From: Candidatus Saccharimonadales bacterium
GTDB lineage: Bacteria; Patescibacteriota; Saccharimonadia; Saccharimonadales; DATKHC01
Length of the DNA: 64,000 nucleotides
Reading direction: 5' to 3'
NCBI GenBank assembly: GCA_035510465.1
Contig: DATKHC010000021.1
Coordinates: forward strand, 130,876-194,875
Part shown: piece after piece, positions 20,830 through 29,991 of the stretch
Layout: the number at the start of each line of letters is the position of its first letter
Numbering within the stretch: the first letter of the stretch is position 1
Program-made: the position numbers and the translations under genes
The notes under the pieces: model-generated
The model's database searches: none
Told to the model about the DNA's origin: nothing
Seen by the model: only the letters and a program-made list of their open reading frames with translations

Positions 20830-21939
20830 TTACGGTTGTAACCAAGCTTGGCGAAAGGAATAAAACGCTGGCTTTGGACGATATCTGCTATCAAACAGAT
20901 AGGAATGAGAATCCGTGTGGCCGAGCCATTTAAGTAAGTTTTCTTTGTCGCTAATTCCAAAGTTATCGAAACTGACGCAAGCTTTCGATTCTATGCAAGC
21001 CCTAACTATATTGTAAGTAATTTGAGCTTCTAGCTGATTTTTATAAGCACTGCTGCCCTTGACAGTGTTTAGATTGACGTCAAATTCAGTGATGTACACC
21101 GGAACGCCAATTGCAGAAAAACGCTGCATGTTTGTGATTATTGCTTCCTCGGATGGAGGATCAGACGCGTTAATGTGCATCTGCATACCAACCCCGTCGA
21201 TAGGAATACCTCTAGCTTTAGCAGCTACCACATAATTATATTCTGCGTTGGATATACTATTTTCGGTCTCATTATTAAAGTCATTGAGTAGTAATTTAGC
21301 ATTCGGGTCGGCTTGGTGAGCCCAAATAAAAGAGTCGTCAATGTAGGTGGTGCCACCGCCGGTATGATCAGCCCACCAATCACTTAATCCGTAGGTATGT
21401 TGTGCTCTTGAAAATGCCTCGTTGACGACTGACCACTGTGCCACCTTTCCCTTGTAATGCCCTACCACGTTAGAGATATAATCGTGAATAATGTTTAGTA
21501 GTTGCGCTTTGTTATAGTTACCGTTTTTTAGCCAGGCAGGCAGGAATTTTTGTTCACCCCAAACCAAATGATGTATTTGTACGGGCATATTGTGAGCCTT
21601 TGCAAAAGCCATAAGCTTATCAACTTTGGTGTAGTTATACTGCGTTAAAGACGGATGAATAGTATTCCAATTTGCCTCACCATCAATCGTTAAAAATGAA
21701 AATTGGGAGGTTAGAATATTTGTATACGGTTTGTCACTCAAACGAGATAGTGAAGCATGACTCCCAAGCTGAATACCATGAGCTGCCGCTAGGTCTTTTA
21801 AAGGCGGTTCCGGCAGATTAGGGGTCTTGATCGAAAAATACCAATAAAGTAACGGGATAGACAATATCAATAACGCAACCAGAATAGTTATTGGTATACG
21901 GGTTCTCTTTCTTAAGGTGTTCTTTTTCTTTTTAGCCAC
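20830..21939 (-). CDS. Membrane-anchored glycoside hydrolase family 10 (endo-1,4-beta-xylanase-like)
   Basis: 369 aa. N-terminal TM, then GH10 catalytic motifs WSVVNEAF and YITEFDV. Confidence 0.8.
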   Translation of the reverse strand: MAKKKKNTLRKRTRIPITILVALLILSIPLLYWYFSIKTPNLPEPPLKDLAAAHGIQLGSHASLSRLSDKPYTNILTSQFSFLTIDGEANWNTIHPSLTQYNYTKVDKLMAFAKAHNMPVQIHHLVWGEQKFLPAWLKNGNYNKAQLLNIIHDYISNVVGHYKGKVAQWSVVNEAFSRAQHTYGLSDWWADHTGGGTTYIDDSFIWAHQADPNAKLLLNDFNNETENSISNAEYNYVVAAKARGIPIDGVGMQMHINASDPPSEEAIITNMQRFSAIGVPVYITEFDVNLNTVKGSSAYKNQLEAQITYNIVRACIESKACVSFDNFGISDKENLLKWLGHTDSHSYLFDSRYRPKPAFYSFRQAWLQP

Positions 21940-22035
21940 GCCACATAATTATAGTTAATCTAGGGGATATGTACATGCTTATGTCTTGTACACCAAATGA
22001 ATAATTACAGCTAACTTTTAAAAAAAGGAGCTTAT

Positions 22036-22082
22036 CAAGAGAATGTGGTGGTTATCGACGGAAGTCGATTCACATTCTCTTG
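22036..22082 (-). terminator. Long hairpin downstream of the purE-purC fusion (putative terminator)
   Basis: Perfect 12-bp arms caagagaatgtg / cacattctcttg with an inner atcgac/gtcgat stem. In minus sense a T-run follows ~10 nt later. Confidence 0.4.
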
Positions 22083-22137
22083 ACAGAGCCCCGTAAAGTT
22101 TCACCTCCTTTATTTGTCAGGGCCCGTTTGGACCGGT

Positions 22138-23439
22138 TTAGACGAAGCTGCCCGTAAGCACAGCGACTTCATCAAAGTTTTTCTTGATCTGTGGCAAGGT
22201 CTGGCTACCGTCTCGGTAAGACTCCTTGGACACGTCCCTGTCGCCGAAGCGAAGTCGCCCGGAGTCACTGTCAATGACATCTGCTACGAGCAACTCGCCG
22301 GTTTCGTGGTCGTGGCCACCTTCGACTTTGTAGTCAAAGTACGTGCCGCCGAGTGCCGCCCAGGCCTCCTCGATAATCTCAAAGGCTCGGAGTGTGATGT
22401 CACACAGTTGCTCAATGAGCTCGAGAGTGACCCCGGCATAACGGCTATCCGCAAGAGGCTCTTCGCTGATCAGGTCGCCCGCTTTGACATTGTCTCCGAT
22501 AGCTTGAGCCGCCTTCTTGTTGGGCACATATCGCCTAAGCACGCCGGCCTTGAAATCAAACTCCAACAGCGGATCATGGTTGGCATCATCTTTCTCGAAG
22601 ATCTCAAAGACAAGCTCTTCAAAGACAGTGCCATCTGCCACGTCCGGATACCGGTCAAGGTAGCTACCTGTAGCGATACGTCGAGCAATAAGCTCAAGCG
22701 GGATCATGTCCACATCGCGAGCCCGGAAGGTTACGTCGTCGACCTTTTTCACGAAGTGGGTACGAACGCCGTGCCTTTCGAGTAGCTCGAAGATATTGCA
22801 GGTGGTCCTCGTGGAGGCGGCCCCCTTGCCCTCGATCACGTCGTGTCTGGCACCGTCGCCAGCGGTTATGTCATCCATGTTGCGGACGAGCACCTCTCCA
22901 TTGCCGACGTATTCGATTCTTTTGGTCTTGCCTCTTTTGGGTTTGGGGATATTGAACCGCGGTGGTTTGATCTTCGCCAGGACTTGTCCGAGCAATTCTG
23001 GATCAGGGTTGGGATCGTAGGCCCAAAGCTGTTGCTGCAGATCGGAGATGATGGCGTTGAAGCCATCGACGCCGACACCGCCATAAGCGACATCGATACC
23101 GGATGGCAGATGCAGAATGCTGATCTCGGCATCCTTACCATCACGGTAATCATCCGACGGCAGCGCGATCCCATAGACCTTCGCTAGTGACCTGCCGAGC
23201 AGATGTGCTTTGACGACGCCAGGCAAGGCAGCAGCCCAACCAGCAGCACAAACATATGCCCCGGTAGTCCCGATGGTCTCGTTGATGCGCTTGGCCAGAG
23301 CAGCCGCGTTACGATGCGCCGACAAAGTTGCAACGGCATAGGTTATGCCGTCAGCCTCCAGCGCGTCTAGAAGCTCCGAGTCCCACAAGTAGTGGAGATC
23401 GCTTTCGCTACCAAGAATCACTTCAGCGTGAGGTATCAT
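22138..23439 (-). CDS. Bifunctional PurE-like (AIR carboxylase/mutase) and PurC (SAICAR synthetase) fusion protein
   Basis: 433 aa. The N-terminal half has GSESD..SAHRN..AAGWAAALPGVV..LPSG (PurE pattern). The C-terminal half has DDITAGDG..GKG..FELL..GVRTHF..YFDYKVEGG..LVADVIDSDSGRLR (PurC pattern). The region is visibly GC-rich. Confidence 0.8.
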   Translation of the reverse strand: MIPHAEVILGSESDLHYLWDSELLDALEADGITYAVATLSAHRNAAALAKRINETIGTTGAYVCAAGWAAALPGVVKAHLLGRSLAKVYGIALPSDDYRDGKDAEISILHLPSGIDVAYGGVGVDGFNAIISDLQQQLWAYDPNPDPELLGQVLAKIKPPRFNIPKPKRGKTKRIEYVGNGEVLVRNMDDITAGDGARHDVIEGKGAASTRTTCNIFELLERHGVRTHFVKKVDDVTFRARDVDMIPLELIARRIATGSYLDRYPDVADGTVFEELVFEIFEKDDANHDPLLEFDFKAGVLRRYVPNKKAAQAIGDNVKAGDLISEEPLADSRYAGVTLELIEQLCDITLRAFEIIEEAWAALGGTYFDYKVEGGHDHETGELLVADVIDSDSGRLRFGDRDVSKESYRDGSQTLPQIKKNFDEVAVLTGSFV

Positions 23440-23571
23440 GATCCTCTTTCTCTCGTTTCCGATTGGATAATTTGCTTCTCTTTGATTGGCCGGTAGTTTT
23501 CTTCTACCGTGGTGAAAAGGTCCAGTGACAATTTGTCACATGTGCTAAATCATGCCACGCCTACGGTACGA

Positions 23572-24342
23572 CTACAAGCATAGGCAGTTTGACTTTAAGA
23601 ACCCCAGAAGGGTTGGAGGGTTACACGAAAGCTCGATTCTCTTTTCGCTGTCTATGGAAACTCTGTGCTTAAGCGGTGAATGGAATGGCCGCAGAGTCGT
23701 AAATCCGATTCTTCGGACAACTCCCGACAACTTCTCATACTGCTTATTATATTTTTCGTTAAATACTTCAAGATTTCTGTACGCAGTTTCCTGCTCGCCG
23801 TTAACGGAGGCTGGGTATTCAGTAGACATCATCCTTGTCCAAATAAACTCTAATAATTTATCCCTAGCTAACCGTTTATCTTCGCGAAGTTTGTTTTCAT
23901 ACGATATAGCCTCTTCGCTGGTGATGATATCAACGAGTAAACCCCATAACTGCTTCAAGCTAAGCTCATCTTCTATATAGACTGATTCTACTAATCTACC
24001 TTGACGATCTGTTTTGAAACTCGCGCCCTCTATCCTATCCTTAGCAATAATTACTTGCCATATTGTTCTTTCGCCTTGGCTGCCTCTACTCAACTGCCAT
24101 AAATATTCGCCGCTTTCTGTTGAGTCAAATATCAAAGTGTCTACAAATAGCCTCTGTTGACTTCCATGTTCATGTTTTGACTGTTGTAGCACTACCCCAC
24201 GACCTTCATCCAATAATTCTTGGCGGGATTCCCGGTAGTATTCAGAAAAGTGATATAGGTTAATCGCAGTAAATTCTGAAGGTACTAAAAAAGCGGCCCG
24301 AGGCCGCTCATCTAATTCATTTATTGTTTCTAGTATATGCAC
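23572..24342 (-). CDS. Hypothetical protein
   Basis: 256-aa ORF with no motif recognised. Confidence 0.5.
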   Translation of the reverse strand: MHILETINELDERPRAAFLVPSEFTAINLYHFSEYYRESRQELLDEGRGVVLQQSKHEHGSQQRLFVDTLIFDSTESGEYLWQLSRGSQGERTIWQVIIAKDRIEGASFKTDRQGRLVESVYIEDELSLKQLWGLLVDIITSEEAISYENKLREDKRLARDKLLEFIWTRMMSTEYPASVNGEQETAYRNLEVFNEKYNKQYEKLSGVVRRIGFTTLRPFHSPLKHRVSIDSEKRIELSCNPPTLLGFLKSNCLCL

Positions 24343-24401
24343 ACTAGGACTTTATTGTATCACGTTCTTTTAAAGCCTAACAAGTTCAAGCTACTTATGT
24401 T

Positions 24402-24443
24402 TGGTGCGACACATATGACGCATTGCAAACACTTGCCCTATAA
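24402..24443 (+). repeat. Relic att junction A (tRNA-Gly-type core TGGTGCGA plus truncated tail)
   Basis: Reads tggtgcgacacatatgacgcattgcaaacacttgc. In the TGG TGC frame this gives WCDTYDALQTLAL*. The left flank (aaagcc..cttatg) resembles the 3' end of LSR 39220..40716. Confidence 0.5.
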
Positions 24444-24613
24444 CAACTTAGATAATATGAAGCTTAAATTTCCAGCACAGATTTTTAATTTATAACCAAA
24501 TTTATTAAATTAATAACTTCCATCAACAATGCCTATTATCTAAGCTAGAAACTCTTGTTAAACTATTAACATTACTCGAATAAAAAAACCTTAGGGAGTA
24601 ATGATAACGGATT

Positions 24614-25171
24614 ATGAGCAGTAAATACGGATCACAAGAGAAAAAAGCTGGGTTAACAATCATGCAGATGTCAATATTATTGTCTATATTCGTAGTTTTT
24701 GTTTTTGTTGCTTATTTACTCTTTCATAGCAGTGATCAATCTATTGTGGCTAATACGAGTGCTTCGTCTACAAACACAGCAACTACTAGCGCTTCTTCTG
24801 ACGCTACTACGACCAGCAATCCATATGCTGTCCTACCTCCAGCAACCGTTCCGTCTAAGGCTGCAGAGTGCAGCCAACAGATTACTTACTCCAGTAACGG
24901 AGTCCCAGGCCCAACAAAATGTTCTAACGGCGGTCTTAATACTCTGGTTTGGGGCTCGTTTGCAGCGCTTGAACCCGAGGTCATGTCCCTAGGCTACGAT
25001 GCTACGGCTAGCCAGGTAGAGACGGCTCTTTGCTCTGACGTTCATGCAAACATAAGCAACCCCATTGAAGAGGCTACCTATCAGATTACTTCACTGTATT
25101 ACAATTGGAGTTTCACAACGGACCCAAGCACTGTAATAAATAATGGTACGTGCGTAAATGTTGACGACTAA
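24614..25171 (+). CDS. Secreted or membrane-anchored S/T-rich protein
   Basis: 185 aa. TM SILLSIFVVFVFVAYLLF, then an S/T-rich linker and a Cys-containing domain. Confidence 0.6.
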   Translation: MSSKYGSQEKKAGLTIMQMSILLSIFVVFVFVAYLLFHSSDQSIVANTSASSTNTATTSASSDATTTSNPYAVLPPATVPSKAAECSQQITYSSNGVPGPTKCSNGGLNTLVWGSFAALEPEVMSLGYDATASQVETALCSDVHANISNPIEEATYQITSLYYNWSFTTDPSTVINNGTCVNVDD

Positions 25172-25226
25172 GACGTAGCACATAATAAATTATGCTTTTC
25201 TGGAGCTAGGTCATAGCGCTTATGCT

Positions 25227-25329
25227 TGGTGCAGCATATGTGACGCATTTCAAACATCTGCTATTGAAAAGTTTGGCGATATTAAACTTGGCTAAGCTCT
25301 TTGGATTATCGGCTAGTTTGCTTGATTAG
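25227..25329 (+). repeat. Relic att junction B (core TGGTGCAG plus frameshifted recombinase tail)
   Basis: Reads WCSICDAFQTSAIEKFGDIKLG*, then in another frame AKLFGLSASLLD*. This is homologous to the intact tail at 33341..33460. Confidence 0.55.
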
Positions 25330-25338
25330 GGTTCGACT

Positions 25339-25722
25339 TTACAGCTCTTTTACATGGCTGCCGCCATGCTTTACCAATTCTTTGTCAAATGTAACAAGTG
25401 TGTTGTTATATAGTTTTGATTCGGTTGCAGCATAGCAATCTACGATAGATAGGCTTTTCTTCGCACCGTATAAATCTATAGCTTGGTCTAAAAAGTAGTC
25501 ATTGTAAATTACATTGGGTAGGCTCAAAAAAGTTTTGACTAGCTTAACTATATCAGAGCGTTCCATGCCAATAACTTTTTCAAGCACAAATATTATTTCT
25601 ACAGCTACAACATCAGTTACATATGATGCTGAATTAGTGATGACCTCCTTGGACTTGAAGCCCTGCTCAGGAATATCGTTGAGCAAGTAACGAAGTACTA
25701 CGTTCGTATCAAGGCTATTCAC
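25339..25722 (-). CDS. vapC: PIN-domain toxin (VapC family)
   Basis: 127 aa with N-terminus MNSLDTNVVLRYL. Overlaps the upstream antitoxin gene by 8 nt. Confidence 0.8.
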   Translation of the reverse strand: MNSLDTNVVLRYLLNDIPEQGFKSKEVITNSASYVTDVVAVEIIFVLEKVIGMERSDIVKLVKTFLSLPNVIYNDYFLDQAIDLYGAKKSLSIVDCYAATESKLYNNTLVTFDKELVKHGGSHVKEL

Positions 25723-25984
25723 TATAATCAGCTACCCAGGCTTTTGCTGCCGCTTCTTTCAATGCTTGACCAGTTAAACCTTTTTTGTGACTAGGTATCT
25801 TTTTGGTAATTTCGTCTCGTAGCTTCTCAAAATCATCTACGGTAGTGCCTCCACCGATAACAACTTGTCGATTCTTGTCTAAAGTTAGGCTAACTTTTTG
25901 TCCAGATTTAAAACCAAGCGCTTTACGTAACGGTGCGGCAATCGTTATGGTACCCTTGCTTGTTATTGTTGAAGTATATTTCAT
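25715..25984 (-). CDS. AbrB/SpoVT (MazE-like) antitoxin
   Basis: 89 aa. SKGTITIAAPLRKALGFKSGQKVSL is a swapped-hairpin AbrB-type motif. Confidence 0.75.
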   Translation of the reverse strand: MKYTSTITSKGTITIAAPLRKALGFKSGQKVSLTLDKNRQVVIGGGTTVDDFEKLRDEITKKIPSHKKGLTGQALKEAAAKAWVADYSE

Positions 25985-26105
25985 ATCTTACATTATATAT
26001 AACGTATTACGACTTGTCAATTTCTTTCATAGTATAAGTAAACAAAAAGACCTTAACGGTCTCAAATGTTTGAATGCTCTCTGGACTAAAGACGTTTGGG
26101 TCTAA

Positions 26106-26210
26106 TTGGTGCAGCGTGTGGGTAAAAGTTTTCACCTTATTAGAGATGAGATAGCTCGTTGGAGAGAAATCTTGGAAGTCCCCTATCAAGAATATCTGCT
26201 TAATAACTAA
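26106..26210 (+). other. Detached C-terminal tail coding segment of LSR 31795..33357 (att junction D)
   Basis: In the recombinase frame (xTG GTG C) it is stop-free for 34 codons: LVQRVGKSFHLIRDEIARWREILEVPYQEYLLNN*. It is homologous to the ssrA-array tails (SPLIFDEIRRWRYLLWDDYIYY). Confidence 0.6.
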
Positions 26211-26236
26211 GAGCTGGGAGTTACACTCATATCATT

Positions 26237-26677
26237 ATGGAGAATAGAGACACAACAAAGCAACAGCTAATCAGCAATCAACATTCTAGTGTTATGGGTC
26301 GTCCAAGAAGAATAACTGAGGGTGACACCTATTATCTAATTGAGCTGTTCAAAAAGGGCTATACAGTGACAATAGCCTGTCGTAAAGCTGGAATACCAAG
26401 CTCTACTTACTATGATGAGTTTGCAAGCAATGAAGACTTTTCGGACAAAGTAACAGCTGCTCAAGAAATAATGACAGTCCAGGCGACACGCATTATTAAG
26501 GGAGCATTGAGTAGGGGTGACTTGAAAACAGCCATGTGGTTTCTTGATAGACAAGATAGGCGTGAGAGAAATGCTCAACGAGCAAAAGAGTATCGTTTGG
26601 TAAAAAAGCTAACTGTCACCAAGTCTTACAAAGAAACACAGTCAGTTGAGCTTGAGATAGATACTGTTACAGATTAG
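26237..26677 (+). CDS. HTH DNA-binding protein (element regulator or terminase-small-subunit-like)
   Basis: 146 aa. YYLIELFKKGYTVTIACRKAGIPSSTYYDEF is an HTH-like segment. Confidence 0.45.
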   Translation: MENRDTTKQQLISNQHSSVMGRPRRITEGDTYYLIELFKKGYTVTIACRKAGIPSSTYYDEFASNEDFSDKVTAAQEIMTVQATRIIKGALSRGDLKTAMWFLDRQDRRERNAQRAKEYRLVKKLTVTKSYKETQSVELEIDTVTD

Positions 26678-26678
26678 G

Positions 26679-27284
26679 TTATTTTCTTTTAAGTGCTATG
26701 GTAAACCAATCCGTTTTGCCAATTTTTTGGTGAGCTTCGTGAACAGTAGTAAATGAGCTACCTGCAAGCTCTCTGATTAAGTCAATGTTATAGTAGTAAA
26801 ACATTCGTTCGCCGTACTCATCTTTTTTGGCCTCTTCAGTGTAAGTCTCACGCTCTTTGAGAGAGATATAAAATACACCGCCTGAGCGTAATGACTGAGC
26901 AGCTTTTTCAAAAACCTTTGGCAGGTCAGTTTTATTGGCATGAAGTAAAGACGCAAAGGCAAAGATAACATCTACATTTTGGGGGTAGTGATAGGTTAAG
27001 GCGTCTGCAACAACAAATGATGTGCTTGGTAAGTTTTTCTCAGCAATTTCTAGCAAACCCTTTGATGGGTCAAAGCCCTCATACCAACCTACACGCTTAA
27101 CTATCTCTATTGCGTCACGACCATCACCACAACCAATCTCTACTGCTCTAGCTGTATTATCAGCACCTGCAAGTTTAAGCCCAAGTTCAATATCATCAAC
27201 CCTTGCTCCAATACCTTTGAAGTATTTAGCCAAAGCCTGTGCTGAGCTGTCATAAGTCTTTATAGTTTGAGTGTTCCAGTCCAT
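26679..27284 (-). CDS. Class I SAM-dependent methyltransferase
   Basis: 201 aa with motif I VEIGCGDGRDA. No DPPY/NPPY-type DNA methyltransferase motif seen. Confidence 0.75.
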   Translation of the reverse strand: MDWNTQTIKTYDSSAQALAKYFKGIGARVDDIELGLKLAGADNTARAVEIGCGDGRDAIEIVKRVGWYEGFDPSKGLLEIAEKNLPSTSFVVADALTYHYPQNVDVIFAFASLLHANKTDLPKVFEKAAQSLRSGGVFYISLKERETYTEEAKKDEYGERMFYYYNIDLIRELAGSSFTTVHEAHQKIGKTDWFTIALKRK

Positions 27285-27307
27285 TGATATGAGTATATAA
27301 CAGATGT

Positions 27308-29044
27308 TTAAGTTTGGTCGTGCTTAAAATACGACTTCATAAGTCTTTTGGTGTGTTTTTCAAAATCACTCATTAGTGACTTATTAAGCGGTATTTTTAT
27401 GCCCTGAGAATATAGGTGGTTTTTGAAGCTAAAATCATTGTTTATATCAGCCTTTGAAACCTTTTGAGAGTAGTCAATAAGTAACTGCTCAATGTCGTCT
27501 TTGGTCATTTCGGTTGCCATAGCTTCAAGAAACTCCACTTCCTCAATGGTTATGTAGATAAACGGCAGCAAATATGGCTCGTTGAACTTTACTCCATTAG
27601 CCCTTAACATCTTTTGATAGAACATATAGTGAAATGCCTCAGCAGGTAGGTAGTCAGACACTATTAAGATTGGTAGTATCTTACGCTTGCCAATACTTTC
27701 TTTTAGCACAAACTTGCCATCAATAATGTCCTTAGCGTGGCTGACGGCCTGAACAATGCCTTTCTTCTTGCCAAAACACTGTCCAAACGGAGTTGCTAAA
27801 TCTTGCTCGTTACCAGTAACTGTTGCCTTGTAAGATAAGTGAATAGATTTTTCTTCAAATAGTAAAATGCTTTGCTTACCCTCATAGATACCATCAGCCC
27901 TTTTGCTTTTGTCTTCAGCAACTCTACGATAGCCAGCCCCCAAGATTTTTTTAAGACTTGTGTCTGCATAATGTTCAAATGCTTCGCCCCACAAGCTCGG
28001 CAAGAGGTTGTATTGCTTGGTAAGACCCTTATCTCTCAAGTAGTCGGAGACAATCATATAAGCACCCTCAGTAGTTTTTGAGACAAGATACTCTGGTGAT
28101 GGTGCAGCAAGCAGGTGGTCAGCAACTTCAACTAGCGGAAACTTGCGAAGAAAAAGGTAGTTATAGTCGTAAATATCTTTATTGCTCAGAACGCCAAGCG
28201 ACCAAGAGTATATAGCTGCAAAGTCTTTGGGTGAAAATGTGAGCAGTTTGTATAGTTTTTCAAGATTAGCTTGAGTGACTTTGACTTCTTTGAAGTGTGT
28301 TCTTTTATCTATGTACCAGTCTTGGTCTAAGTTGAAGTCTTCTTTTTTTATTCCCCACCGCATAGACAACATTGTGCCAATGTCATAGTAGAGCTTAAGG
28401 CTCAAACCAGTTGCCTCTTTGAAATACTTACTGAAGCCAAAGTCACTATGGTGAGCTGCTAGGTAGTTGATTATTTTTAAGTGCCTATACAGGGGGTTTG
28501 GAAACTTTTCTTCTACTGTAAAGACCAACCGCCTGAACATAAACTCTCTTATCTTGATACGACTGTAATCAGCAGGTACTACTAAGGTTGATGGCGTAAA
28601 GTAATTTGCGTCAATATAGTCTGTCAGGCTCAGTAAGATTTTTGCAATCTCTGGTGTTAGTTCAGGACTAATCAGCTTGCCACCTTTTGTCGGACAGCTC
28701 TCAAGTGCAAGTTTCAAGAAAAGCAGAGCCGAGTGTTTTGAAAATAAGCCCCAACTGTCTGTGGCTTCATTGCGAACTACCGCTTTACTGAGAAGCTTAA
28801 CAAAGGCGTCTCTTTCTTCTTTGTTATCGTACAACGACCTGATGATGTTTCGCTGACCTAAGTTAAGATTTTTTGGGCCACCTGAAGTATGAAATAAGAT
28901 AATTCCGAGTTTTGTAGAAAACTCTAGTAGTCCGTTCAGGTCATAATCTTTGAGTGCCTTTCGGATTTCATCAAGCGACATACCCTGAGAGCCATATATC
29001 TCACGATAGCCTATTGAAGTAATGCGGTATTCGTTTGTACTCAT
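27308..29044 (-). CDS. Hypothetical 578-aa protein with a possible PD-(D/E)xK nuclease core
   Basis: Clean long ORF. The segment RADGIYEGKQSILLFEEKSIH fits D..(E)xK spacing. Function is speculative. Confidence 0.55.
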   Translation of the reverse strand: MSTNEYRITSIGYREIYGSQGMSLDEIRKALKDYDLNGLLEFSTKLGIILFHTSGGPKNLNLGQRNIIRSLYDNKEERDAFVKLLSKAVVRNEATDSWGLFSKHSALLFLKLALESCPTKGGKLISPELTPEIAKILLSLTDYIDANYFTPSTLVVPADYSRIKIREFMFRRLVFTVEEKFPNPLYRHLKIINYLAAHHSDFGFSKYFKEATGLSLKLYYDIGTMLSMRWGIKKEDFNLDQDWYIDKRTHFKEVKVTQANLEKLYKLLTFSPKDFAAIYSWSLGVLSNKDIYDYNYLFLRKFPLVEVADHLLAAPSPEYLVSKTTEGAYMIVSDYLRDKGLTKQYNLLPSLWGEAFEHYADTSLKKILGAGYRRVAEDKSKRADGIYEGKQSILLFEEKSIHLSYKATVTGNEQDLATPFGQCFGKKKGIVQAVSHAKDIIDGKFVLKESIGKRKILPILIVSDYLPAEAFHYMFYQKMLRANGVKFNEPYLLPFIYITIEEVEFLEAMATEMTKDDIEQLLIDYSQKVSKADINNDFSFKNHLYSQGIKIPLNKSLMSDFEKHTKRLMKSYFKHDQT

Positions 29045-29307
29045 ACTACCTACATTATATCTCTGCTACACCTTACAAGTGCTATAATTTCAGCAACGCC
29101 CAAAGCGTTGTAACAATTTGGTATGACCTAACCCCAAGCATTTGTTTGGGTATGGTCGTAAATCCTAATCAGAGCCTTGAGCTAGTTGTTCAGGTATCTG
29201 ATTAGGTCATAGTCCGAAAGGTCTATGGGTGGCCGCAAGGTCGCCGCCTGGCAGCTAGCTCTGTTGTTTTCTGTCAGGCTAACTAACAAAGTCTGAAAGG
29301 AGACAAT

Positions 29308-29982
29308 GTGTCATTATTCAAAAAAGCACTCAATGTTACACCAGCCTATCAAGCTGCAAAGTTAGGCTCTAAGCTAAGTCAGCAACATAAACAGCAAAAC
29401 CAAGAAAAGGCAGTGGCAGCACAATCGGCTCAACCAGTTGAAGCTGCTCAACCTAAGCCAAAAATCAAAAAACTAAGTTTTACTTACTCAAAATACTTAG
29501 GCGGTCACTCTAAGCTTGGCAAAGCTCGTCAGGGCAATCTTTATCTGACAGATGAGAAAATTGGTGTTGGCACATTCGGCCCAAGCCATTCTGCTTTACT
29601 TTGGACAGATGTTGCCAGCGTAGATGTAAGTGGTGAACAAGTAAGTAAGTCAAAGATTGGAGCAACTCTAGTATTCGGTGTGTTCGGTGGTTTGGCAGCA
29701 AAGGGTACAAAAAACCAAGCAGCAATAATTATTCACACCAAAGACAACGAAGTTGCATATTACCAGATAGATAAAGTAAGCCAATTAGAGGCTAAGGCTA
29801 AAATTACGCCCTTACTTCACGCTGTTGGTGTACCACTGAGTGATGAAACAGCACAGCAGCCTCAAGCACCTCAAGTCAATGATGTTACAGAGCAACTAAC
29901 ACAGCTCTCTAAGCTCAAGGAGCAAGGCATATTGACTGAGGCAGAGTTTACTGCCAAGAAGAAGCAGTTACTCGGCTTGTAG
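29308..29982 (+). CDS. SHOCT-domain protein
   Basis: GTG start with SD aaggag upstream. C-terminal LSKLKEQGILTEAEFTAKKKQLLGL is the SHOCT motif. Confidence 0.7.
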   Translation: MSLFKKALNVTPAYQAAKLGSKLSQQHKQQNQEKAVAAQSAQPVEAAQPKPKIKKLSFTYSKYLGGHSKLGKARQGNLYLTDEKIGVGTFGPSHSALLWTDVASVDVSGEQVSKSKIGATLVFGVFGGLAAKGTKNQAAIIIHTKDNEVAYYQIDKVSQLEAKAKITPLLHAVGVPLSDETAQQPQAPQVNDVTEQLTQLSKLKEQGILTEAEFTAKKKQLLGL

Positions 29983-29991
29983 GGGTTGAAT

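Noticed and set aside
22114-23187. Several long ORFs overlapping the purE-purC gene (22114..22785+, 22706..23020+, 22843..23187+, 22866..23174-, 22470..22697-)
   Set aside because: These are typical shadow ORFs of GC-rich DNA. Only the 433-aa minus-strand frame has recognisable PurE/PurC motifs.
24402-24443. TGGTGC-initiated segments (24402, 25227, 26107, 33341; also 2942, 3869) as tRNA genes or tRNA pseudogenes
   Set aside because: Only the CCA end and acceptor 3' strand are present. No T-arm or cloverleaf can be drawn. They are better explained as att cores duplicated from tRNA-Gly and tRNA-Leu.
26679-29044. Methyltransferase plus nuclease-like neighbour as a restriction-modification system
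   Set aside because: The methyltransferase shows only the generic class I SAM motif and no DNA-methyltransferase catalytic motif (DPPY, NPPY or PCQ). The nuclease assignment is itself weak.
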